From Antedon mediterranea (taxonomy: Eukaryota > Animalia > Echinodermata), in assembly GCF_964355755.1 (NCBI RefSeq), contig NC_092671.1, positions 35,412,304 through 35,476,303 on the forward strand: a DNA stretch of 64,000 nucleotides, written 5' to 3'. Positions 11,227-23,000 of the stretch are shown piece by piece. Below the pieces are notes generated by a model. The model ran no database searches and was not told where the DNA came from. It worked only from the letters and a program-made list of their open reading frames with translations. Position numbers and translations under genes: made by a program. How positions within the stretch are numbered: position 1 is the stretch's first letter; every line of letters starts with the position of its first letter.

Positions 11227-13371
11227 TTATAAAATAGTCTCACGCGCAACGTTTAAGCTTCTTGCAATGTCGTGATGGTTTGGTTCCTTTGAAATCAAGG
11301 GCGATTGTATACTGCATTGACTTGTTAATTTGTCTGGCGATTGTGATTCTACAATTGTATCATTATTATCCGTACGCAGACACAAATCTTTTTCTGCAGG
11401 TTTATGCCTACTTGGTGACTTGTTGCTAAATTCATTTGGCACACGTTTCCCTGACCCAGACACGCTATTATCCCCGATTATTTTATCCATGACCTTTGCG
11501 CTATGGAGCACTTCCGCCATATAGCGGTCATCGCGTCTCAGCATGCACTGTATATCTTGAAGTGCGGTTTTAACTGCGGGAGAGATTTCGCATCCAGATT
11601 GATACAGAAATCTACTTAGTAGCTTTTTCGCATCTTTATTCACGTCAACCAGCGATTTTGGATGATCTGCATCGCAAGGTTTCAAAACGGTTAAACGATC
11701 GCTTGTTTTGTTCGTCTCAACGTTAATTTCAACTTGTTGAACTAAACCGCTTTCTTTTATATTCCTTCCGTGTGTATTGTTATGATTTGTGTTCAGATTA
11801 GAAACACTCTGTCCAACATCAGATCTAAGTATCCATGGATTATAATCATTTGCCGTATAGTTTGGTTGCGAGAATCTACGACTCCTCGCTTGAAGAGGAA
11901 CTTTCTTAATTTGATGGCGCATACCTTTATAATCCAGAGATTCTGAACGACGCCTTCTACGCATAGCTTTGCGGTCATTAGGACGTAAACGTACAGGATT
12001 CTCAACATTGCTTTCTACGTTCATTTCTTGAATTCCTATACTTTTAACACTACGTTTTCTTAAATACTGCAACTTATCTGAAGACTTTCGCTGACGTAGC
12101 TTAATTCGAACTGGAGATTGTACATTTTGTTCATTATTTTGTTCATGTGAGTTATTATCTGCTTCTTGTGAATGCACCTCGCTTTTAATTACGCCATTTG
12201 CTAATTTAGCTACTAAATATCTAGGATACACACGATCAGATTCCATATAATCATCATCGCTAGAGGTAGAACAAACTGCACGCGGTCGTAACCTGTGTAA
12301 ACGCTTTGTACGTTGACTGTTAGTGCTAAGTTTACGATTTGTATGCGGTACAGAATTGCCAATTTTCTTTGGAGAGTTTCCTTTACCGGCAGATTCAACA
12401 GAAGCTCTTTTTGAAGATGCAGTAGCTACCTGAAGGTGTTCTTTGGCAGTAATGACTCCTGCACCAGATATTGCTGGTTTGGCATAGTTCAAAAGCTCTG
12501 GTTGACCAATAGACAAGTTGGTAGACTTTCTATGTGGAAATGATGGCGACGATTCAACTCCACTTGGTGGGCTTGAACCCAAACCTGGATCTATATCAGA
12601 AGATGTCAAATTAGATCCACGATTTCTTGATGATTGTCTCATTTTTGTCCTATCATCAAAATAACCACGTATATTTGGTGGAGAAACTTCTTGGCTTCTC
12701 CTTCGTGGTGGACTCCCACTTAAATTTTCTATAACAAATGATTCGAGTGATGTTTGAGTTGCGCTAGATCGTTTTAGAACTGGTGGCGTTCCTTGCGAAG
12801 TAATAGGTGATTGGGAATGATCGTTTGAAGACATAACAATTGCACTGAAAAATCCACGATCTACTATAGAATCGTCCAAAAGATTGTCTCTACCTTCAAC
12901 GAGCTGAGGTGTTCTTACGTTATTTTCCAGCGTGGTAATTTGTAAATCATCATTTAATAAGTCATCGTCAAGATCATTGATATATTCATGAGTCTCACCA
13001 AGTTCAGGAGAAGCGCTAGAACTACTGTTGATGCGAACCCCGCTTCTAACGCGTCTGCGGTCCTCTCTCCGTCGCCTTCTTCGTGACCGAAAGTCATCCG
13101 GAGACGACCGGTCTAAAGAAGTGTATCTCTGTTCTATACGTCGTAACCGATCGTCAAGACTACTCATTGACATATTGCTAAACTGTTCATTTAGTGATGA
13201 TGAGAACGATCCCATGATGTGGTGGCTGTCCCATCGTTGCGGTGGAAGTGGTGCATTTTCTTCACTGTCTTCTTGGCAATATGCCAAATAGGCTTCTTCC
13301 GCTGGTGATGGCGAGTGACTGGAGCTTGTGTCTGTGCTTCCCATTATGTCAATACTTTCTTGAATTATTGG
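11227..13371 (-). CDS. ENTREP: ENTREP terminal coding exon (714 aa Ser/Arg-rich tail, conserved C-terminal block, RETIL*)
   Basis: 705-aa ORF extended 9 codons upstream to acceptor tattttcag; stop TAA at 11227-11229. Confidence 0.92.
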   Translation of the reverse strand, partial: PIIQESIDIMGSTDTSSSHSPSPAEEAYLAYCQEDSEENAPLPPQRWDSHHIMGSFSSSLNEQFSNMSMSSLDDRLRRIEQRYTSLDRSSPDDFRSRRRRRREDRRRVRSGVRINSSSSASPELGETHEYINDLDDDLLNDDLQITTLENNVRTPQLVEGRDNLLDDSIVDRGFFSAIVMSSNDHSQSPITSQGTPPVLKRSSATQTSLESFVIENLSGSPPRRRSQEVSPPNIRGYFDDRTKMRQSSRNRGSNLTSSDIDPGLGSSPPSGVESSPSFPHRKSTNLSIGQPELLNYAKPAISGAGVITAKEHLQVATASSKRASVESAGKGNSPKKIGNSVPHTNRKLSTNSQRTKRLHRLRPRAVCSTSSDDDYMESDRVYPRYLVAKLANGVIKSEVHSQEADNNSHEQNNEQNVQSPVRIKLRQRKSSDKLQYLRKRSVKSIGIQEMNVESNVENPVRLRPNDRKAMRRRRRSESLDYKGMRHQIKKVPLQARSRRFSQPNYTANDYNPWILRSDVGQSVSNLNTNHNNTHGRNIKESGLVQQVEINVETNKTSDRLTVLKPCDADHPKSLVDVNKDAKKLLSRFLYQSGCEISPAVKTALQDIQCMLRRDDRYMAEVLHSAKVMDKIIGDNSVSGSGKRVPNEFSNKSPSRHKPAEKDLCLRTDNNDTIVESQSPDKLTSQCSIQSPLISKEPNHHDIARSLNVARETIL

Positions 13372-14056
13372 CTGAAAATAAAAATTTTTATAGAATTACA
13401 AAAACAAATTTAAGGTTGTCAGTAGTAATAAGCAATAATATTTGTTGTAATTATTTTCAATGCTTCAACAAGATAGTAATATCCATTGAAAAAATGAAAT
13501 GAAATAATATAGAGGAAATTTGTTCATCATAAATAAAAATAAGATAAACTCAAAATAAATTCTTTAAGTGTATACAGTAGAAATCCTATAGAAAGGTAAA
13601 ATATAGTATAAAACAGTGTTTATCAGATCCTAATTATAGTGTATACATACAGAAAGTTGATAAACCCATATCACTATAATATCACTAGGTTTGGCAATCA
13701 TCAAAACATTAGCATTTACCAAATGATCTTAGCTTCTAGCAATATCCTATTACTGTGTCTATAGGTTGCTAATGCATTCTGGGTAATATGCACTAGTAGA
13801 CCATCCTTTCAGCAATATATTGTCAACAGTTTTTTTAATAGTTTGTTTAAAGGAAAAATAGGAATAAACCTGCTTTTTATTATTATAAAAAAGCGTCCTA
13901 TATTTTCCAACAAATAAAATTAATGACATTTCTTTTTGAGTGAATTTAGAAATAAAAACTGCCAACTGGACAACATGGGCTTTTTCCTTTTCTTGTGCTT
14001 TTAAAAATGCTACTATACATTCTCTATAATTCTATGAAGGTACTTTAACCTGTATG

Positions 14057-14087
<31 letters not shown>

Positions 14088-17000
14088 TATTGCCAAAAAC
14101 CAGTTACAAACAAACAAAACACAGAAACTAAGGGAGTAGGCAGGAACCTAAAAGTGAACCTAATCACTATAACAAGAGTTCAGGTTCCGTACTCCCAAAG
14201 TAACAACAATGATATAAAATAAACTATATAAAAATATTTAAAAAACAAATAGACGAATCAACAGTGTCAATATAAAATAAACGGAAAAATTTAGAAGACA
14301 AACAAACACAAATGTGTTCAGTTTTACAAGGTTTTCTCCAATTAATGATGATTATGAAGAAAAAAAATATATACTAGATATCAACAGATATTGAGGGTAA
14401 ACAAACGACATTCGGAAATAAAACTGGAAGAAAGTTGATGAGTCAATTCCCGCTGGATTGGGACTCGTAAACTGATCAACTGTTTCTGTCATCGTGCTAC
14501 ATATTAAGAAAGGTTAAGCTTAATTTCATAACAAACACATGAATGCCTGCTGAACAATTAGCGGGGAGGCCTTTGAGAAAATTGCTAGGCCAAGATGTGA
14601 TAAATTACAAGGTATTTGTGCTTTATTTTACGGTTTCATTAGGGAATAATCCCATCTGACAGTCATAATTGAACAATTCCAGAGAGATGGACACAGTTTA
14701 AGTATTGTTCCTAGGGCCTAGAGGATCATGTTGAAAACATACCAAAACACAAGCGGCTTGTTAAACAGTTATGTCATTGTTTTTAAAACCTCCAGTAAGA
14801 AACATGTTGAAGTGATTCAAGGTTTCACCTTTTGTACTCTGGTGAAACATCTCTTACCCTCCATAAACATATTGGATTACATCAAGAACATTTATTTTTA
14901 CATCATTTCTAAAGCTCTGTTCGATCCAAGTAGACCACTCTAAATTTTGAGTAACAGATTGACCAATTACACTTTTGTATAACCACTCTTTAAACTGTTT
15001 AATTAGCCTATCTACCAAAATATATTTGAAATAAAAAAAAAAATGAACATTAAACTAAAAGATGTATTGTCCCCCAAAACATGAAAAATAAAGATTAATA
15101 AAATCAGACTTTGTATAGGCCATTTTGAAGTTTTAATAAAGTTATTCAATTCTGTAAACAAAAAATAACAACATTATTTCATTTATAAAAAGACATTAAA
15201 AATGGTTAATTTTAACCAGAAACCATTGTAGTATAGTTTTTGCTATAATTAAATTACATTTTTGTCAGGTAAATATTTCTTTTCCACCCAGAATCTGATC
15301 AAAGTGAATAACTATTACTGTACGTGACATTAAAATGGCATCCAACAACAAATTTGAAAAAAAAAAAAAAAATGGAGGACAATATACATACCTCTTAGTG
15401 AAAGAAATTAATGTATAAATCATTAAAAAAATATTTACAGTAAAATGTACTTACATACACTGTTTAGTATTAATAGAATCCCTCTACTAAAAGTATTCAC
15501 AGTAATTTTATTAGTAAGTACTTTGCTCGATAGTCTCGCACTGGACAATATTCAATAACAGTAGTATTTTATAGCAACTATTTTATATCCATAATGTATA
15601 AATCTACTGTGTATATAGACTTCTCACTATCCTAGATCCAAATAGAATTTGATTTTAAACTCTAACAAAAATCTTGGCTGCATATATTAATGTTAATAAC
15701 ATAGACTTGACATTCTCCTCCTTATGAATATTCTTATCATCCAACCTGTCGTTAAAGACACCAGAATTACTTGTAAAATGTTTAATGTTAACTCTTCAAT
15801 TATATTGATTTATTGAATAGGACTTTTCATTGAAGTCAGTGACTTTTATAAAATACGAATTAAAAGAAGTTTGTGTATAAATTCAATACAAAATGTAATG
15901 AGAAAAACAGAGATCAACGAATTGGTACCATCATTGAACCATTTTCAAGATCAAGTAAAAACAAAATAATGATATTACACACCCAAGTGGGTGGACAGAA
16001 ATGCAACTGAGGGCAAAAAAATTTTTAAAAGATGGAATTTATTTTTAGGAAACTACAATTTTTCACAATTCTTTTTTTATTAAACTGTAAAATTATTTTA
16101 AACGCATTGAATTTGTGCCAATAAATCAAACAATTAAAACAAATAGATTTTGTCGCATAGAAATGTACGTACTGTTATGATTATGAATTGAGCAAGCGTG
16201 ACAAACATTACCTCGTAAAGTACGCCCTCAATTTGTTACTGTACGCGGTCTTAGCTAAGACTGTTTTATAGCAATGGACTAAAAGGGGTGGCGTTAGTAA
16301 GACCGTCTATCTGATAAAGCCAGCTTTAATCGGGAAGTTAAGATCATCAGTTAATTAAGACTGTGTTATAGCAATCCGCCCCTAAAGTGATCATACTCCT
16401 ATCCTGCTATTTTTTTCAAATTTTACATTAGACTTATTAATTACTATAGACAAAATTATGATTCTGTTCAATTTATTAAAGTAAGTCTACCATACTATTG
16501 TGTGTCATGTCTACTATACAATACCAAAAATGACTCACACTAATGGAATACAACTTTAAGGAAGTTTTGAGCTAAAAACAACAGAAAAAGGTATAATAAA
16601 AATACCAACCTACCTTATTAAAATACCAAACTAAAATAGTTGAAACTAAAAAACCTATAGTTTTATTCTACCGAAACCCTACCTGTCTGCTTTTGGCAAC
16701 CTCAGTTTTTGATTGGTGTGTTTCTAGTGGAATGTGTAGTTTTAATAGCCGACTTTTAAAGGCCTATGTTGACCCAATCAGAAAAGTCTCTTACCACCAG
16801 AGTGTAGGGTAGCCACAAATGTTGAAGTTCATACATAAACCTAGCCAAAGTATGGTATTTACTTACTATTCATATGGGTCTCCTTATCATCAATCTAATT
16901 AACCAATGGAAGGCTCACATAAAAGAAAATAAATATCTAGCTTTTAACAGAAACAAAGCCTATTATTTCAAATGTTTGTCTTTCCAAAAGAAACAATGTT

Positions 17001-20000
17001 TTCTGTAAACAAATTAAAACCGCAGACACTGTGTATTTATAACACCATACAGCTTTTGTGAACTTCCTCAGTTCACTAAACAATTGAGACTAGCTGGATA
17101 AAAGATTAATATAGGGATATCAACCTACCCCTTATGGAATAATGTGGGGTTATTAATTTGACAGTACAAATACTGTAATGAGTATCAATCTTATCCCTAA
17201 AGCTCTGTCTACACTATCAAACTTTTATGTGACAAAAAAATGTCATGTGTCCATATATGGACATGATGATGTCATATCACTACCATATTTGGGCATATCA
17301 CTACCATATTTGGGCATATCACTACCATATTTGGGCATATCACTACCATATTTGGGCACATCACACTTTTTTTGTCGTTAAACTAGTTTGATAGTGTAGA
17401 CAGAAGACAGAGCTTTACAGATAAATGTGGGAGAAATCAATGTTAATCTTATCCTCTAAGTAATTATACCATTTAGATCTTAAATTTAAAACCCATCAAT
17501 CAAGTAAAAATTAAAATAAAAGTATACCTCTTCACTTGCATTGGAAGGCAAATCATGAGTTTCTCGTTGTCGTCCACGTGGCCAGTCTAGTGTTGAATAC
17601 GGTGGCGGCATCACATTAGTTCCGACTGGGGCTGAGTTTATTGTCAAACCTTCTATGAATTCATTGCGTTCCATCACAACCGGGTCATTAGCGATGGCAG
17701 TGTACTCAGGCGGGGAATACGGCGGAGGAGGCACAGACGGTGGGGTGAAGATTGGATCCACGAAATCGTTGTAGTATGTATCCTGAGTAGTGTTGTTAGC
17801 TTGCGATCTCTGTAGAACCAACTGAAGAAAGAAAGGAAACACATGTTAGTATTATTATCTTTTTTTTTTCTTCTTGATACAACCTGTATTTTGTTAAGTT
17901 ATATGAGCAAGTTAAAACATTAATGCCAACAGTAAATTCAAAATACATTATTAATGATCTATCAAATGTGAAGATAATACCACAGGACTTATTAATTCGC
18001 AATATTTAATCTTTTGTTAAAATAAGCATTGTGGTCTCTCTGTTGAAATAAGCATTTTGTCAATCCAGCTTAATAGACAATTCAAGTTCATAAACAAGCC
18101 ATTGGTTTAACTTATACAACAATTCTATTCCACATGCTGTACATACTGCAATACACTATGATCTATACCACCTTCCTCCTACCATGTCAGTATACTATTA
18201 AATCTACTGGTATTTTTCCATACGTACTGTATGCTTCTGTACATGAATGATAGTCTGAACACATAATCAGATTCTAAATTTAACCATTTATAACAACAGT
18301 TTAATAATCAAATAGAAAAGCAGAGACCTTTTCTAGCTTTTCTCAATCCAGTGTAGACATAAACAAAGAAATGGCTACTTCATACAATTCTATTCCCTTC
18401 CATATATTTTACATCTATATTCCTGCCTTCCTCCTATACCTTGTCTGTATACTACTACTAATTATCTGCTGGAATTTTTACAGTACTAATTATCTGCTGG
18501 CATTTTCCATAAAGTATGCTTCATAATGGCATTAGATTCTAGATTTAACCATTTCAACAACAGTTAATTACATAGAAACCTTTAAACTTAAAACCACGGA
18601 TATTCCACATACATACTCCAATTTCCTCCTACATTGTGTGTATACTACTAATTATCTGCTGGCATTGTCCATAAGTATGCTACATAATGGTCTGAACACA
18701 CAATAATCAGATTCTAAATTTAACCATTTACACAATCAGTTAATCACATAGAACAAGCAGAGACCTTTAAACTTAAAACTATGGATAATTTAATACCCAA
18801 CCCTGTTGGATTTACATGAAACGAAACTGAAATTGAAATCTCGAAAAATATATGGCTAGCATTTTTATTTCTTTAAGCAGGTCACAAAGAACTGGTTGTC
18901 TTTCAACTGACAAATTATAAATCTTTACATTCCTTTATCAATTACTCAAAACTGGATTATATTACCTGGAGAAATAACCTACAAAACGTTACCTTTTCAC
19001 TGACTGACATTTATTGTGTATTGTGAAAATGGAAGAAAATGTAAAACCTGTAAAACTATTATCATTATTCGTTAATTCTTAAAATAATTTGAAAGGAAGC
19101 AACCTAATATAATAAATAACATATGAATACATTCATTATTAATAAAACAAACAAATTATAAAAAAAAATGAATACAGATAATTTTTATTATGATAATGTA
19201 CGCCTACTGTTCTGTACTTGTATAAACGCAAGATTCACAGCACTTGTTTTATATTGTTAAATAACATTTTATCATACTTTATTATATTTTAATGTCATTT
19301 TTACATGTTGTAATGTCAACTTGTATTTTTAAATATTTATTAATTGTTATTTTTATGTTGTAAATTCAACAATGTATGTAAACATTATTATATGCATTGT
19401 GATTTTTTATTTACTATTAAAGGCCAGGTGCGGGCAAAACATTTCTATTGATCATACATTCCAATAATTATTGATCTATAGTTTCCCCTATGTTTCATAA
19501 TTTTTGGGATTTTATTTGTGTTATTACACAAGCTTGTTGAAAATACATTTAGAATAGTTAAAATTACACAGTAAAATCTCTATTCTTTTGTACACACATT
19601 TTGTAAATAGAGAGGCATTTTAAAAAGCTATGAAAAATAAACTCTGTGGTAAAAAATGTTATCAGATGACTAAATATAGGTAATATAACTTGAATTTTAC
19701 ATTTCTGGTATTTTTATTCAACTTCAGATTTTTATTTTCATATGCTATAGCAAAAATTATCCACCGTATATCCACCATCTTTTTTCACCTTCTAGGGAGT
19801 CACCAGACATGTTATTAAATTAGGTTAAACTACCTAACTACTGAAAAAGTGTTCCTGGTTTTTATGGCAGAATTTTGCCAAATTTTCTATTTGACCATAT
19901 TAAGGGAAATTCATGTTTTTTCGTCTTGATTTCTGTTGCAAATATTTGATTTATGTACAATTAATCAGATATTATATTTAAAATTCATGCCTGTACCTGA

Positions 20001-23000
20001 GCTTTAAACTTTGAGATCCTAAATTCAAGAAAATAATGGAAAAAAAGTGAGTAATATGTTAATATGTATTTGTAATAATTATTATGAACGAATAAATGTG
20101 GTAGATTATATAATTTTCATGTCATAACATCATTATTAAAAATGTTCAACTGGTTTTTGATATTCATGAACTGGTAATTATTATTTTTTTTTTAAACAGT
20201 AGGTTAGTTTTGCTAGTTGTTCTTCGAAAAAAAAAAACACCAAATTTATGTATTATCATATTGCAAGAAAATTAAATAATTTTTAAATGAACAGTAGGTT
20301 GTCTTTAATACATAAGATTATTTAATTCTTAAATTTCTCGCTTTGATCACTTTTATTTTTGTACCGTAAACTGGGTCTTAAGAATTTCACATGATGTTTA
20401 CTTCATAAATTTTACAATCATTTTTCAAAATATTTTAATTGCTTAGTTCGGTTATTACTGCAGAGAAATTACATTTTTAAATGCGGTAGAGAAACAATTT
20501 TTTTTAAATTGAAGTCTATGAAACATCACACACAACATAATCGCCAATAGATAAAAAGTATAAAAACGTTTTGCTTGAAAAACCCATCAAAGGTGTTGAA
20601 AAAAGATGCGACTTATTTCTTGTTCACACTAAAATATTCAACGTTTTCAATTCTGTTTAACCTGATGAATGCTAATTATTTTTAACATTCTCAAAGTAAG
20701 AAAATGTTCAAATATTCTTCTACTATTGATGACAACAATTTTCATGTTTTACATGTGTGCACACTCGTTAAATGTGAAGCGTGTACAGTAAACTAAAAAC
20801 GGTTAGTACATGTGTACAAAAGAGTTCAATATATTAAGCCTTGTCTACACTATCAAACCTTATTTGGCAAAATGTCCATATTATATGAACATGATGATGT
20901 CATATGCCATCACACACGTTGTCGCGGGTAATTGTTGTTTCGCAAGGCGCCACCTTGCGCACTGCAAGGTGTATTGTTTTGCTTTTGTTGATTCATGTTT
21001 AGACTTTATTGATATTCGTTTATCTATTAAAGTTAAATTGTTCACATCTACAGCACATAAAGCTGTTGTGTCTATATTGCTGGAGTGGTAGCGTATTAAT
21101 ACCCACGACCGCAAAATCTCTTCAATAAACAGAAGACAGAGACACTTCATACCTTTACCATATTTGTGCATATCATTACCATATTTGAGCATATCACTCC
21201 AATATTTTGTCAAACTAGTTTGACAGAGTGTAGACAGAGCTTTAAAAACTGTAATCAAATATCAACTGATGATGTGATGTGTGGCCGTCGGCGTGATGTG
21301 CGGCCGTCGGCGTGATGTGCGGCCGTCGGCGTGATGTGTGGCCGTCGGCGTCACTTTACTTGGCTTTTTTTCAGTCAGGTTTGCTGTTTCAATTTCTTAT
21401 AATTAATATAACCGATACACTTGCCTCTGTTAATTCATTTTTGTTACCAATATCCTAAATTGTATTTTGAGTTCCTGATGTAATTAGGTCAGTGATATAT
21501 ACTGTATATAATTATAGTTGTCAAATAATTGATGTGACATGCTTCCTACGCACAGGCTTTTTAAAAATGAACTTCGAAATACAGTCATGATACGTGTTAA
21601 GTAATAAATTAATGCATTTCAGCTATACGTAGGTGTGAAAAAATCTACCTGATCCAAGCACGCGAGCCCAGACGCCATGTGTTAACCGACAGTTAATCAA
21701 GGAGGATGTTTGGTTTCGAGCACTTACATGGTTCAAGTGTTTAACGGCAAGCTACCTAAGATCCATTTTCATATTTGAGAATCTAGTTTAATTTGTTTAA
21801 TGTGGTGTAATAAACCCTTGCAGGCTTAGAGTTCTATTTGAGAACCCAAACAACAGCTTGTCTGTAAACCTACTAAAAAATTGATCTCATTTGTACTTTG
21901 TTCACATCATACTATAATGCACAGTTTTAAAAACGTTGTGCTCTAAAGGATTTTACATGGAGTCATGATAGTACTGTATGCACAGTTCTCAAAAACTTTG
22001 TGTTCGATAGTGTTTAACTTAAAGCCTGGTTTCCATTAAAATCACTACAGCGTTTCCATTAAAATCACTACACGCGCAGATGTCGCCGACGCAATCGGGA
22101 AGGCTCCCCGATTCATCGCAGTCAAATCGGCAAAGTTCAACCATGTTCAACTTTGCCGATTTTGTCGGCGATGAATCGTATACGCGTACCAAAGAATATT
22201 TACCGCTCACGTACTAGATCCCCGATAAATTCTAGCGTTTCCATAGAATCGCTACGCTCTGTCGTGTAGCGATTTTATGGAAACCAGGCTTTACATAGAC
22301 AAACGACGATTACACTCGGTGCTCTACTTTATGTAGCTTTGTAGGTAACATTTATTCCTTGCATCTCGGGAAATACTACACTAGTGTACTTTACAACCAG
22401 AAAGGTGAAACTACTGGACATACCTAGCTGGAAATTATGGATATGGTCAAAGTATTAAAACTGTTGTGAAATTTAACAGTACTTTTGTGAAATTACCACC
22501 GGCTGTTCTAGGCATGTAATCTACAGTACTTTTAACTGAGAGAAAAGAACAATTAATAATTAAAAGATGTTTTTATACGAAACAAGATTTTTTTAAACTT
22601 TTGTTAATAACTTTTTATCTTTAAAGTAACAATTGTACTGTAATTTTGCTTCAATTTAAATTAAACATTATTTATAACACTTCAACTTCATTATCAAATA
22701 CAGTAATCAAACATTTATCAGAAGTAAGTCAGGTAAAAAGTCTCGTAAATCAGTACATTTGGAACAAATTTATTTCCTTTATAATTAACATAAAGAAAAT
22801 TAAATACATGATTTGTAGTACAGATATATAGAAATTATACTCACAAACTAAACTATCCATTCATTCAAATTCGGAATAATGTACACAAATATGTATAGCT
22901 AAGCAATAAAAGCTTTGGTCCACTCCTTGCTGAGCCCAAATTAAAAATGTTCTGAATTTTATGTCTACCAAATTACTTAATATCACCCTAATCTGGAGCT

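Noticed and set aside
11330-13502. Antisense and alternate-frame ORFs over the ENTREP terminal exon (also 34468-34752 over exon 3)
   Set aside because: Shadows of real coding sequence.
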